From the IMG/VR virus record IMGVR_UViG_3300036770_002758: a stretch of 64,000 nt of DNA; one strand, written 5' to 3'. Every line of letters starts with the position of its first letter. The first letter of the stretch is position 1. The translations under genes were made by a program, and so were the position numbers. The notes below the pieces were generated by a model. The model did not search any database. It had not been told where the DNA came from and saw nothing but the letters and a program-made list of their open reading frames with translations. This document shows positions 10,301-18,909 of the stretch, piece by piece. Origin of the DNA: an uncultured virus (IMG/VR IMGVR_UViG_3300036770_002758). Lineage: Duplodnaviria; Heunggongvirae; Uroviricota; Caudoviricetes.

Positions 10301-13295
10301 GCACGTTCTCCTGCCGCAGCTGCGCCGTTTCCGCCCCAGCTGCCGTAACCGACGGCCCTGCCATTGCGGCGGCAGGGGCTGCCGGCTGGGTAGCCTTCCG
10401 GAAATTGATGAGCGCCGTTTGCGCGGTCAGCTTGGCGCGGTTCAGGTCGCGGATGTAGCTGTCGACCTTCTTGGACTCGGTCTCTTTTGCCACACCTCGC
10501 AGCTTTGCCAGTAAGCTGTCGATAGCCGCCAGCCAGCGCTTGACGAAAGCCTCGAACCCTTGCGGGTCCGCCTTTGCCAGGCTCTCCATGAATTCACGGT
10601 CGGTGGCACGGTTGCCCATGAAGTCCGACACCATCTCGCTGCGCAGTTCTTCGCTTTGCAGGAGCTCTTGCAGGCGGGCCTCGCGGGCGGTGGGGTCAGC
10701 GATGCCGTCGAGCTCGTCCTTGTACAGGAAGTTGCCAGCGTAAGCGCGCTTGCCCTCGTCGGTCATGTCGTCGAAGATTTCGTAGATCTGGTCCACGTAG
10801 TCCTGAGCCGGCGTGCCAGTCTTGCCCTGCGCGCGCTCTGCCGCGGCCAGCTTCTCGAGGTGATGCGTAACTTCATGCAGCGCGGTGGGCGCCACGCCAG
10901 CCTGCGTACGGCCGACGTTGACCAGCGAGTAGCCGCCCAGGTTGACTCCGTTGATGGCGTTCTCGGACGTGTCCGAGAAAGCGACCACTTTTGCGCCGGT
11001 CAGTTCTCCGAGGAGGTCAGCGATAGCGGTGAAGCTGGCTTCGTCTGCGGGGTCTGGATCCCCAAACACGACGGGGCTGGCTTCGCCTCGGTTGCTTGCC
11101 CAGTCGTCGATAAGGGTTTGAGCAGCTGCTCGCGCCTGTCGGCCGGCAGGCTGTCCAGCCAACGGCTGACTGCCCAAGTCGGGCATGGCCGCGGTGACGG
11201 TGAGGATTCGGTCATTGTTGATGCCCTCCTGCATGGGCGCCATTGTCGGAGCAAAAGTGCCGCCTGCCGGCGCCTGGCCCACGTCCGCGCGGGCGCGGAG
11301 CTCAACTTCAATCCCACGCCGGGTGACGGCAGGGGTGTCGTTGTTGTCGAGCAGGGCTGTCAGCTGGTCGTCGGTGTACGTCGTTGTCGGGCGACCCAAG
11401 ATGCGAGTGGGCCTGGGAACCGGGGTGCGGAGGCTGGGCGCCGCAGCGCCGGCCGCTGCCGGCTGGCGGGTCTGGATCGGGCCGACCGTCCGGCCGTAGA
11501 TCTCAGCTGCGCGGGTGAGCGCGGCGGTCTGCACCGGGCCGGGGGCGTTCGCGCGGGCCATGCTCAACTGCGCGTTGAAGTCGGCCCGGCTTTCCTCGTC
11601 CATGGCCCTCGTGTCTGCCGCCAGGAGCGCGTTCAGGTCAGGGGCTGCCGTCGGCTCAGGTCTCGCCGCAGGACGCTCCTGCGCGGCGCTGATGGCTTCT
11701 GCCGGGGTGGCGCGCGGGGTGGGCTGCTGGATCGGGCCAACCGTCCGACCGTAGGTCTCCGCCGCGCGAGCCAGCGCCTGTGCGCGCTGCTCAGGAAGAT
11801 TGGCGGTACGGGCGGCGGTCAGGTCAGCCAGGAATTCTTGCCGCTCGGGGGCGGGCATGGCGGAGATGTCCGCAGACATCAGCGCTTCAGCGGTCAGCTC
11901 AGACGGGCGCTCAATAGGAGGCAGCTCCGCCGACACGGTGCCGCTCATTGCCTGCTGCAGCAAGCCGCGGCCCTGTGCCAGGTTGGCGCCGTAACCGACC
12001 GGCTCGGGAGTGGCCACCGGAGCGGGCGGTACCGCCGGAGCGGGCGGTACCGCCGGAGCGGGGGTGAGCCCGGCTTCACGCTCCAAGAGCTCCAGATCTG
12101 CGCTCAAACCGGAGGCCATGCTTGCGGCAGCTTCTACCGCCTCGCTGGCGTTGGTAGCCGCCTGCAGCCGTTCGCCGGCGGGGATCGCGGATTCTACGGG
12201 GCGAGCTTCGCCCGGCTGAACGGTGCGAAGGCCGCTTGTGACTTGTTCTGCGCCGGCAAAGTACGTGGCGCCGGGCGGTTCTTCTTTCGAAGACAAGCCG
12301 CCAGCCAGAAGGCCGAAGCCGCCACCAGTTGCGGCCCCCAAGCCAGCGGCCTGGCCAACGCCAGTAGAAAGCGCGGCAGTCGGGTCGATCTGCGCTTGAG
12401 CAATGTTGGCGGTAAGCTGCGTAGCGCCCTCTTCCAGGCCTTCCGACGCGGTTTCACCCGCCAAACCGGTCAGGGCGCGGCGGCCGCGCGAGCCGGTGAG
12501 CGCTTGCCCGCCAAGCGCTTTTTCAATTGTTTTGGCGCCAGGTAGGGCGTTCAACCCAAGGGTGACAATGCCGCCAGCGATGGCGCTGTTCTGCGCCAAG
12601 CGGGTGGAGATTTCACGCTTTACTTCCGGCAGCAAATCAAGATTGCCGCCAATCCGGTCTTGCACTTCCGGGTTTGCCAGCCACACATCGTCAGGCAAGT
12701 TGATCAACTGCTCATAGGCCGACTGGCCAAAATCCGCGGACGAAAGCGCGGTGCCGCCGCCAACGCCGCCAGCTACGGCCGCGCTGGTAGCCGCTTTTTC
12801 GGACAGCTCTTTTCCAACGACTCGAGCCGCCCCACCGGCGGCTAACCTGGTACCGGTGCCAGCGCCGCCGCCCACTGCGATATTTGGTATCTGCTTGGCC
12901 AGCTCCCCTACGAACAACATGGGATTGCTGACAGTTTCCCAAAGCGCTACGCCGGCCTTGCCAAGTTCTGTTTCTGCGGCGTCTATTTTTGCTTGGCGGG
13001 CTTGTTCAGCGGCAACGTATTCCGCCGATCGGCGCTCTTCCCAGAATTTAGACGTGTCCGCGCCAAGCCGGGTAAGCGTGTTATCCATGTCGCCGGATGC
13101 AAGTCCGTACGCAGACCCTAGCAGGTTGACTACTTGGCCGGCGCCGACGCCAAAGTTTGCAGCGAAGTCAGTAATTGATTCGCCAAAAGTTCGGCTTTTA
13201 GGCTCTTCAAGATCTGGGCTTTTAGAGCGGGCGCCGACCATCGGGTCAGACTCCCAAGGGGCGTTGTATATCGGGTCAGAATCCCACTTTGCCAC
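4296..13295 (-). CDS. giant polyvalent internal-virion (ejection) protein: zincin, ART-like, GP88-like, 3x ART-PolyVal-like and LPD38-like domains
   Basis: 2999-aa ORF, last gene of the virion operon; Gly/Ala-rich ejection-type N-terminus; HEVTH; CPQSAMCLDLC, RLNVTSD and FYDYTK; YHGT/YRG..., GYDG ART motifs; C-terminal YITIPMPLGFN...PLVALFENRDWTGTPI...SPTPDQIDYLI. Confidence 0.9.
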   Translation of the reverse strand: MAKWDSDPIYNAPWESDPMVGARSKSPDLEEPKSRTFGESITDFAANFGVGAGQVVNLLGSAYGLASGDMDNTLTRLGADTSKFWEERRSAEYVAAEQARQAKIDAAETELGKAGVALWETVSNPMLFVGELAKQIPNIAVGGGAGTGTRLAAGGAARVVGKELSEKAATSAAVAGGVGGGTALSSADFGQSAYEQLINLPDDVWLANPEVQDRIGGNLDLLPEVKREISTRLAQNSAIAGGIVTLGLNALPGAKTIEKALGGQALTGSRGRRALTGLAGETASEGLEEGATQLTANIAQAQIDPTAALSTGVGQAAGLGAATGGGFGLLAGGLSSKEEPPGATYFAGAEQVTSGLRTVQPGEARPVESAIPAGERLQAATNASEAVEAAASMASGLSADLELLEREAGLTPAPAVPPAPAVPPAPVATPEPVGYGANLAQGRGLLQQAMSGTVSAELPPIERPSELTAEALMSADISAMPAPERQEFLADLTAARTANLPEQRAQALARAAETYGRTVGPIQQPTPRATPAEAISAAQERPAARPEPTAAPDLNALLAADTRAMDEESRADFNAQLSMARANAPGPVQTAALTRAAEIYGRTVGPIQTRQPAAAGAAAPSLRTPVPRPTRILGRPTTTYTDDQLTALLDNNDTPAVTRRGIEVELRARADVGQAPAGGTFAPTMAPMQEGINNDRILTVTAAMPDLGSQPLAGQPAGRQARAAAQTLIDDWASNRGEASPVVFGDPDPADEASFTAIADLLGELTGAKVVAFSDTSENAINGVNLGGYSLVNVGRTQAGVAPTALHEVTHHLEKLAAAERAQGKTGTPAQDYVDQIYEIFDDMTDEGKRAYAGNFLYKDELDGIADPTAREARLQELLQSEELRSEMVSDFMGNRATDREFMESLAKADPQGFEAFVKRWLAAIDSLLAKLRGVAKETESKKVDSYIRDLNRAKLTAQTALINFRKATQPAAPAAAMAGPSVTAAGAETAQLRQENVRPDDLAASSEDVVKAKEFQEKYGILPYVSQGQLELDLNPQFSIKQEGAYGNHPVLGIPMNKNGTVTLYFPTTNDVAKQVRRDKVVRGATERSTRIYLTNESSAPKVAAQPGALKQPLGGANVLVQVDPAQVHVLQEYADGRKDFFVPIAEGKTFKTKMTKLFTLNAPRDKGLHPDRTLADIQKSIGDAVTKMRAASPGERRRMASEARTVLRENHNIGTLLGENGKLEKTRVGDYGLTYDGQSVASLGLGLASAQKINDKQKLTSCPQSAMCLDLCLGETSGQNWLYGGVGQFRSGPRLSQYLKTEAMVASPEEFAVRLFTEIDSFRRAMLKEDMKPAIRLNVTSDFAGKIWEPLIKAFPDVMFYDYTKLSTDTVAPNHHLTYSSTGASQIVNGEVIVNPGTNWDRMVQRMLKGDNVAMAFTSRTEMPKYIIDAATGERFQVWNGDNYDARFLDPKPGEPGNELNRGMIIGLTNKNRTGKPETAAKRHRGFFVDYNSARDGDTLTIADQGAIKNQEAKPVNIRFSRAQPINTAAFKRWFGDSVIVDADGNPLVMYHGTGNTDSIFDVGFDPAITGKGNDQLGSGFYFTNDPEEARGYEQPAQARTPKTGGAGSPGTLQVYLSVKNPIQMNGRPNLSHVKVTRDQAASIMERAPDIFDPEESPLTNWIDNRGKPFTKQQLAEVSEVYVNLLTLENDFFRGDATAFRKALNEVMGYDGVVQTFANGRKHVVAWFPEQIKSVDNQGSFNPEDPRITFSRAQAPADSQVQYPVYRGSRSADMQPGRAGAIFFSETPDYANQYATGTGGQVQRVFLDVRNLFDFVDNPQQREQAIQMFNESGGWTESTDGERSDYDPAQDMDWEIFDEPNVGLMQQVRDLGYDAIRFRETENDVAIAVFSPDKVVPAFSRAQTPEFKRWFGDSIVTNPDGSPKAVYRGQFGRGEGELQTMLPSITFVEDPDVASTYAEEPNDFRMTAVAPHNIPAYLRITNPVIDNPSDPFADLSEIEAKLGRDVTEKVAVKFADIIEATDNWLENFSSQFDTVQDVIRDAPGRLGELYLDAFRLLDDPMFVSEAKAAGYDGAVHIGNGESMDVLEYRIFDRAQVRSAISPQVQFSRAQNIFGNPLPAGSLGLPDTKMDEIIYYLQDKLVDTKRVVEKITAATGAIADKWDPYLQEKLFHGRTAEQTLDFANNELKPLIEALGRNKVSIEDFDEYLHNRHAEERNAEIAKINPALPDAGSGIPTADARAYLAALPSARRAMLEGLAKRVDAINAGTRQILVDTGLESQSLMNTWQNKYGKYVPLMREELDFDPASGSGIGQGFNVRGSASKRATGSANRKVVDILANIAMQREKAIVRGEKNKVSQAMYGLAIQNPDGQLWLPVNPSASKDPAILAAELTSMGLDPLDAQNIAKEPTQSVVDPRTGLATTRVNTLLRNAETAIGVRVNGQQRYLLLNSQDPRAERMALAMKNLDADQLGRAMSMIAKGTRWFASVNTQYNPIFGIINFMRDVQGGLLNLSSTELAGEQGAVLAGTMPALRGIYGDLRSGAGGQWATLWKEFQKVGGQTGYRSQFSQSEERAEALRDELKALNDGTAKKVGKAVGQWLSDYNTAMENAVRLSAYKTALDKGMSKERAAVLAKDLTVNFNKKGQVATQMGALYAFFNASVQGTTRLAQTLTGPAGKRIVYGGLLLGAAQALAMAAAGFDEDEPPDFTRERNIIIPTGGGKYITIPMPLGFNVIPNTSRILTEWALSGFERTPQRVAQMATAFFEMFNPIGSAGISMQTAAPTVADPLVALFENRDWTGTPIAREDFNSLDPTPGYTRAKDTASVWSKLLSYYLNLATGGTEFAPGVFSPTPDQIDYLIGQVGGGIGREASKIEQTISSALTGEELPPFKVPLVGRLYGDTTGSSAVSSRFYENLRRMNIHNNEITGRREAGRPIGDYLRENPEARLAPEANRVYRQVQNLRRRKRELLERDASRESIRAIEQQITARMERFNARLENR
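6960..8733 (-). repeat. four dispersed 16-bp direct repeats (GTTCAGCCGCGCGCAG consensus) encoding FSRAQ
   Basis: Copies at 6960-6975, 7581-7596, 8028-8043 (1 mismatch) and 8718-8733 (1 mismatch), all in frame in the giant gene. Confidence 0.9.
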
Positions 13296-13304
13296 GCGTC
13301 GGCC

Positions 13305-14057
13305 TCACTGTTTGGTTCGGATGTTACCCTGCGGATCGCGGTATCGCGTGCCAGAAGGCAGTTTGTCGTAGTCCGCTTCAGAATTTATTGTTGGGACCCC
13401 GCCGGGCGTAGCCCCAGGCAGTCGGACGTCGGCCACGCCCTGCAAAACAGAATCCGCCATGGCCGAATACCGCTCGGCGTCAGCCGAAGCCTGAGCCCGT
13501 TCTTCTTCGGTAAACGCGTTATCTGCTCTTTGCCTAGCCGCGTCCGCCATTCTCGCATAACTGCCCCCAAGAGACACCACGTCGCTATAGCTTCGCGTCG
13601 TAGACGCGGGCGCCCCGGTTAGCGCGGCCAGCCTTTGCGTCAATACTTCTTTCTGTTCGGGCGTTTCGGCGGCGGCAAGCTGGCGGCGAAGCTCGCGCTC
13701 TTCGTTTTCCCAAGCTAAATCACTTTCTGATTCTATTCGGCGAGCGCGTGCTTCCGGGGTTTCTTCGGACTCCATCTGGCGCTGAATCAGCCCGCCGTAT
13801 TCGCTGCCTTCGCCGTAACGCCTCCGGAGGATATCTTCATCGGCAGTGGCCTGCGCTTCCGCGGTGCGGCCAATGTTGCCGATTGCGCGGTCTTCAGCGG
13901 CGATGGTCATCCGCTCCTGCGCTTCAGCCAAACGCAGGCGCATCTCCTCTTCTGCCTGGAGCAGCGCCTTCCTGGAGTTGGTTTCGATCTGCGCGGCGGA
14001 AACTGCGCCGACACCTTTCGACAGGCCGCCAAGCGCGGCAGCGATCAAGCCTCTCAT
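13305..14057 (-). CDS. internal virion/ejection protein
   Basis: Helical 250-aa protein ending in PTINSEADYDKLPSGTRYRDPQGNIRTK, a tail typical of podovirus ejection proteins; synteny. Confidence 0.7.
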   Translation of the reverse strand: MRGLIAAALGGLSKGVGAVSAAQIETNSRKALLQAEEEMRLRLAEAQERMTIAAEDRAIGNIGRTAEAQATADEDILRRRYGEGSEYGGLIQRQMESEETPEARARRIESESDLAWENEERELRRQLAAAETPEQKEVLTQRLAALTGAPASTTRSYSDVVSLGGSYARMADAARQRADNAFTEEERAQASADAERYSAMADSVLQGVADVRLPGATPGGVPTINSEADYDKLPSGTRYRDPQGNIRTKQ

Positions 14058-14470
14058 GCGGGCATCTCCTGAGCCATGGCCGCGTCAAACTCAGACCGGT
14101 CAACCCCGAAACCTTCAAACATGGAATCGATCATGATCTCCATCGCCTGCCCGATTTCCTCGTCGGTGACGGTCGCCATCTTGGACTGATTCACGAAGTC
14201 GGCGGCTTTCAACAGAAGCAGCATCGCCGCCGGGATCAGCACTTCCTGGGGCATGCTCCCGTTCGACTCGTTGAACAGGAACACCATTACCTTGGCGATA
14301 CCCTGGCCCAGCTTTTCAGCGTTGCCGCCGGGCGCCTGCAGCTGGTCCAACATGAACTGGTGCGTCTCTTTCGAGAACAGCACTTTCATGCCAGCGGCGA
14401 CCACTCGTTCGTAAGCGTCTTGGAGTTCGGGCGGGAGCTGGATCTTATCTTCGACGTCTTTGATGTTCAT
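14054..14470 (-). CDS. hypothetical virion-operon protein
   Basis: 138-aa acidic ORF coupled to its neighbours. Confidence 0.7.
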   Translation of the reverse strand: MNIKDVEDKIQLPPELQDAYERVVAAGMKVLFSKETHQFMLDQLQAPGGNAEKLGQGIAKVMVFLFNESNGSMPQEVLIPAAMLLLLKAADFVNQSKMATVTDEEIGQAMEIMIDSMFEGFGVDRSEFDAAMAQEMPA

Positions 14471-15222
14471 GGCTTAACTCCAGGCATGTTCTGGGCGAGA
14501 AGGCCCGGCGACTGGTACGGGTTTGGTTGACCCGGCAACCCGATTACCGGATTGACCGTCAGGTAACCCTGGTTCAGATTCTGCCTGCGGCGCTTCTCCT
14601 GCTCGATGGCTTCAAGGGCGGTTCGCGCGGTGGCGTCGTTGACGTCGATCTTGGACTCCATTTCTCGGATCTCGGCGTCGGTCTTGCCACTCAGGAAATT
14701 GGCCACCTCACCGGTGCCCGCCGCCAAGACTTGCGCAAGCTCAGGGTTTTTAGAAACCCAGTTACCGGCGGTTTTCAGCGCGCCGCCGACAGTGCCCAAC
14801 AGCGTGCGCGGCGCAGCGGCGGTAACTGCCGGAGACGCCATCGGTGTTACGCCGCTCGCCAGCAAACCGCCGGCCCGGCCGGTAGTCGCGGTTTTGAGGG
14901 TAGGAGATACGCTCGACTGCAAGGCCGACCTGGTAGCGGTCATCGGGGTCGCCGCTGATGCGGCTTTTGCGGCCGCGGCGGCCTTGGCCGAAGCGCTCAT
15001 GCCCAGTGTTTTGGCGCCAGCGCCAAAAGCACCCATCGTACCAAGCGTACCAATACCGCCTACTACGGCGCCTATCTTGGCCAGCTTCTGGTTTTTCGTG
15101 GCCGCACCCACGACGGACAGCGCGGTGCCCGCGACGGCCATGCTTTTCATGATGCCAGCGGCCATCACCGCGCCTTTCACGGCGGTTGCGGCGGCGACTA
15201 CGGGCGCGATTACGGGTGGCAT
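14467..15222 (-). CDS. DNA ejection/pilot protein
   Basis: Ala/Gly-rich hydrophobic N-terminus starting MPPVIAPV (ATG 15222, GGAGG RBS); follows the GNAT-like gene as in many podoviruses. Confidence 0.65.
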   Translation of the reverse strand: MPPVIAPVVAAATAVKGAVMAAGIMKSMAVAGTALSVVGAATKNQKLAKIGAVVGGIGTLGTMGAFGAGAKTLGMSASAKAAAAAKAASAATPMTATRSALQSSVSPTLKTATTGRAGGLLASGVTPMASPAVTAAAPRTLLGTVGGALKTAGNWVSKNPELAQVLAAGTGEVANFLSGKTDAEIREMESKIDVNDATARTALEAIEQEKRRRQNLNQGYLTVNPVIGLPGQPNPYQSPGLLAQNMPGVKP

Positions 15223-15578
15223 GTGGCCTCCTTTTTCGGCTTCTCCCACGGCATCGCGGAGAGCAGGTAATACTTGAAATCAGAATCGGCCCAGGTCTTT
15301 TTGAACCCAAGCCGGCGGACAAACTTTTCGGCTGACCGTAGCCCGTGTGGCACTCTCGTGGTCAGCATCCCGTACCGGTCAAACACCGGCCCCAGCATCT
15401 CACGTACCGCGCCACGGCTGCTCGCGCGGGGCGTGTCGACTATCGCGAAATGCACTTCCATTCCCTTCACCATCAACGTCCCTGCGTGCTCACCAGCGAT
15501 CGTGAGCGGCACCAGCTCCCAGCCGTCCAACATCTCCGCCGGCAATTTCAGCGGGGCGGATAGTTGGTCCCTGGTCAT
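15210..15578 (-). CDS. GNAT-fold virion assembly protein
   Basis: EVHFAI...LTTRVP...AEKFVRRLGFK motif; lies before the ejection genes. Confidence 0.65.
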   Translation of the reverse strand: MTRDQLSAPLKLPAEMLDGWELVPLTIAGEHAGTLMVKGMEVHFAIVDTPRASSRGAVREMLGPVFDRYGMLTTRVPHGLRSAEKFVRRLGFKKTWADSDFKYYLLSAMPWEKPKKEATCHP

Positions 15579-17653
15579 CCGAATTTCAAAAGATCTGTCA
15601 GCCCGTCGACCTTGTTCACCTGCTCGAGGAACTGCAGACTGGTATTAAGGTTGGCCTTTTGCTGATCCACGGCGGCTTGCTTTGCGGCGGTCTCCAAGTC
15701 AGGGTCCGCCATGAGCTTGGCGATGTTGTCAGTCGTTTGCTGGAACAAGGTGGTCGCTTGCTCTGACACCTGCGCCCGGCGGTTAAAATCCGCCAAATCC
15801 TTGTCGGCGGCAATAAGCCGCTCCTGTTCGGCCTGACGGTTTTTAGCGTCTGCTTCAAACCTGCGCGCCTCGTTTTGAGCGTCTTGCGCCCGCTCACGCA
15901 AACGCTGCGCGTCGGCGATAGCCTGCGCGGCCGCGATGTTTTTGGCTCTAGCCTCTTCAACATTGGCAGTGTTTTTGGCTTGTGCTTCAAATTCTTTCGC
16001 TCGGTTTTCCGCCGCAAGAGCCTCGCGGTTGAATTGATTGGCGTCCGCTGCAGCTTGGATAGCGGCCTGGTTAGACGCCCTCGACGTTTCAATGGCCGCG
16101 GTGTTTTGAGCCTGCGCACTAAATTCACGAGCGGCGTTTTCAATCGCCATTGCGTCACGGTTAAGTTGATTGGCGTCCGCTGCAGCTTGGATAGCGGCCT
16201 GATTTGCAGCGCGAGAAGCCTCAATACTGGCCGTGTTTTGAGCCTGCGCGGTAAACGCCCTGGCGTTATTTTCAGCCAGCGCCGCCGCGGCTTTTGCGGC
16301 GTTCGCGGCGTCAGCCGCAAACGCAGCAGCGTCGTTTTTGCTTTGCGCGTTGAACGCTGAAGCCGCGTTGTTGGCGTTCGCCAAAAATTCTCGACTGGCG
16401 TTAATCGCCCTTTGATTGTCAGACAGCGCTTGATTCGCAGACTCAGCGTTAAACGCGGCGCTGGCATTCACTTCTCGGACGTTGAACTGCTCCATCAAAT
16501 TCTGTTGTTCAGCGTTGAACTGCGCGGCCTTGGCAAAAGTAGCCGCATCGGCGGTCGCGATCGGAGTCGCCGTTTCAGTAATCGCGCGAAGCGCCTCGCC
16601 TTCGGCCATACTGGAATTCAGCAGCCCCTTTCGGTTCATTCCTTGGCGGGCTCTTGTTTCGGCCAGGGTCAAAAGCGGGGAGCCTTTGGAAAGCAGTCCC
16701 TGCAGTCGACCTTCGACAGTTTGACTGGGGTCTACCGCCCAATTAGAAACCTGCCCTTGCTTGGCGTCATATGTTTTGTAGCCGCGCGTATCGGCGGTGT
16801 AGCCTTCAGCGGTATACGTCTCTGGGGTGTACCCTTGAGAGATGTAAGTCGCGGCGTCGTATCCAACCGCCGTCGGTCCAGATGTAGTCGCGGTCTTGAC
16901 CGTATCCTGGCCATAAATTTTTGCGTCATACCCAGTCGAGGTCGGTCCAGATGTAGTCGCGGTCTTGACCGACGCAGGGTCGTATTTGGCAGACGTGTAG
17001 GCACTTATGTCGGGTCTGGTTATAGTCGGTTTCTGCACCACGTCCCCGGCGCTCGTGATTGGCGTGTAGGTCGTAATGCCGCCCGGACCGGTAGTGGTTC
17101 CAGGCGCGGCCGCCGCCGCCCTTTCATCTTTCGCCATAACCATCGCTTTCAAGTCGTTGAACGACCGCGCGGAACCGTTGAGCAAAAGTTTGTTGGCTTC
17201 CTGTAGTTGGATGTCAGGGTTGAGCCCGCGGCCGACAGCCCATGCGCGGATTTCAGAAGCCTCTTCCGGCGACAACGTGTATTTCGCCGCGCCCACTTGT
17301 TCTTGGGTGTCTTTCGCCGCGACCAAGTTTTTGAGCCCGGCAAAATCGGTCGCCTGCCCACTGGCCAATAGCCCGCGCGCAGATCCCAGCTGGACGTCCG
17401 GGTTGAGCCCGCGGCCGGTGGCCCAATTGCGGATTTCAGTTTCGTTTTCGGCGGTCAGTTGGTAGGGGGACGTCTTGCCGGTTTTTGACAGCGCCAGTCG
17501 CCTGAGGTCGTCCATGTTGGCAGCCTGGCCAGAGATCAGCAGATCCTGCGCTCCCTTGATCTGGTTCTCCACGTTCAACCCACTGGCGCCGGCCCAGGTC
17601 TTTATTTCGGCCAGGTCCGCATTGGAAAGCTGATAGGGATTTTGCGCTGCCAT
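15575..17653 (-). CDS. repeat-rich internal virion/ejection protein
   Basis: 692 aa; three ~55-aa N-terminal repeats; TVEGRLQGLL...RKGLLNSSMA...ATPIATADA core; Ala/Asn/Gln coiled-coil repeats. Confidence 0.75.
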   Translation of the reverse strand: MAAQNPYQLSNADLAEIKTWAGASGLNVENQIKGAQDLLISGQAANMDDLRRLALSKTGKTSPYQLTAENETEIRNWATGRGLNPDVQLGSARGLLASGQATDFAGLKNLVAAKDTQEQVGAAKYTLSPEEASEIRAWAVGRGLNPDIQLQEANKLLLNGSARSFNDLKAMVMAKDERAAAAAPGTTTGPGGITTYTPITSAGDVVQKPTITRPDISAYTSAKYDPASVKTATTSGPTSTGYDAKIYGQDTVKTATTSGPTAVGYDAATYISQGYTPETYTAEGYTADTRGYKTYDAKQGQVSNWAVDPSQTVEGRLQGLLSKGSPLLTLAETRARQGMNRKGLLNSSMAEGEALRAITETATPIATADAATFAKAAQFNAEQQNLMEQFNVREVNASAAFNAESANQALSDNQRAINASREFLANANNAASAFNAQSKNDAAAFAADAANAAKAAAALAENNARAFTAQAQNTASIEASRAANQAAIQAAADANQLNRDAMAIENAAREFSAQAQNTAAIETSRASNQAAIQAAADANQFNREALAAENRAKEFEAQAKNTANVEEARAKNIAAAQAIADAQRLRERAQDAQNEARRFEADAKNRQAEQERLIAADKDLADFNRRAQVSEQATTLFQQTTDNIAKLMADPDLETAAKQAAVDQQKANLNTSLQFLEQVNKVDGLTDLLKFG

Positions 17654-17697
17654 ATCGTGATCGCTCGTAATTTGCGGGTAAGACTAAGGGATAGGTA

Positions 17698-18150
17698 TCA
17701 GTCCGGCAAATACTCTGCCTCAGCTTCCCGGCGCCGCACAAGGCCTCTCAGGACTCGCCCGTTGGCCCGCACCCAGCGCCTGATCTCGTGCCGGGCTTCA
17801 TCCCACTCACGGGCATTAAGCCTACGCCGCAGGGTGCTGTTCTTGTACCGGCTGGCCCCGAGGTTGTAAATGAAATCAGCTATTGCTCCCAGTGCTTCTT
17901 CGTTCCCAGCAAGGCCAGGCGTCATCCTCACGGCGGCGGGCAAACATTCTCTCTGTAATTGCTGGATCAACCACAACTCTGCAACGTCTGCCGTGATCGG
18001 CGGATCGTCCATCGTGACCTTTGAGCCATCGGGCTTCCAGACCGTTCCCCAGCCGATTGTGGCGAGTCCCGCCGGACACAAATATGGCTTCAGGTATAAC
18101 CCTTCAAAATGTTTGCAGAGAGCAACAGCGGTAGACAGGGCTTTCTTCAC
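17698..18150 (-). CDS. endolysin, GH24 (T4-type) lysozyme
   Basis: FEGLYLKPYLCPAGLATIGWG...FIYNLG...STLRRRLNA...GLVRRREAE. Confidence 0.92.
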   Translation of the reverse strand: MKKALSTAVALCKHFEGLYLKPYLCPAGLATIGWGTVWKPDGSKVTMDDPPITADVAELWLIQQLQRECLPAAVRMTPGLAGNEEALGAIADFIYNLGASRYKNSTLRRRLNAREWDEARHEIRRWVRANGRVLRGLVRRREAEAEYLPD

Positions 18151-18629
18151 GATTGTCTCTGCCTGTCGTACACCCTGCCAACAAACCAGAACGACAATAC
18201 CATAATCAGTATCGCCATATCGTCCGCCGTCCAGCTACTGACCAGTACTTCCTTCCAGTCGCCACCAGCCTGTACTGCCATTGTCATGCCGACAATCTTG
18301 ACTAGAGAGTACATAATCACGAACCAGTACGTGACGATAGGACGAACCAACGCAGACACCGCAGCCACAAATTTACCCGCAGCCCTAGCCGTCTGCCCTT
18401 GCTCTTTCACCGCAGCAGATATTGCATCCATTTCGGCAATCGTCATCGCCGCATCGACCTTGCGCATCTCGTGCTCCATGCGCTTCTCGGCAATGCGGAT
18501 TTCGATCTCCATCATCGCCAGCTCGTGCGCACGTTCGTTCTTGCGGTCGAGGCCTTTCAGGATTTCCGGGGCAAGCCGAAGCAGGCCACCAAGGCCGCCG
18601 CTAGCTACCGTAACGAGTGTCTCCCACAT
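18147..18629 (-). CDS. putative holin-like membrane protein
   Basis: ALVRPIVTY...SFWFVGR motif with hydrophobic segments; adjacent to the endolysin. Confidence 0.65.
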   Translation of the reverse strand: MWETLVTVASGGLGGLLRLAPEILKGLDRKNERAHELAMMEIEIRIAEKRMEHEMRKVDAAMTIAEMDAISAAVKEQGQTARAAGKFVAAVSALVRPIVTYWFVIMYSLVKIVGMTMAVQAGGDWKEVLVSSWTADDMAILIMVLSFWFVGRVYDRQRQS

Positions 18630-18871
18630 TACTTGTCCGCCTTCTTGTCCAATTTGCTGAAGACCTTGTCAAAGTTCTGATTCATCTCTTGCCGCAGCGC
18701 CTGCATGTCGGCGCGGAATTCAGCCCTGCTCAGGAGCGCGGCTTGCTCGCGTTGGAGCGCCTCAATCTTTCGATCCTGCTCCTTGTTGTCTTCACGCGTT
18801 GTTTTCACGAAATAGGCCACGACAGTACCTGCTCCAGTGATGAGGGCGTCAATGATGTTTGCGTCCGGCAT
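18629..18871 (-). CDS. small membrane/coiled-coil protein of the lysis region
   Basis: N-terminal hydrophobic helix followed by coiled coil. Confidence 0.65.
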   Translation of the reverse strand: MPDANIIDALITGAGTVVAYFVKTTREDNKEQDRKIEALQREQAALLSRAEFRADMQALRQEMNQNFDKVFSKLDKKADK

Positions 18872-18909
18872 GAGGCTGCTTCCTTGTCTTCGGAGTTAAT
18901 AACTGCCAA

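Noticed and set aside
8370..12545. Long + strand ORFs (639 aa and 661 aa) antisense to the giant gene
   Set aside because: Shadow ORFs expected from GC-rich codon bias; no RBS, no recognisable motifs, and they fully overlap a well-supported gene.
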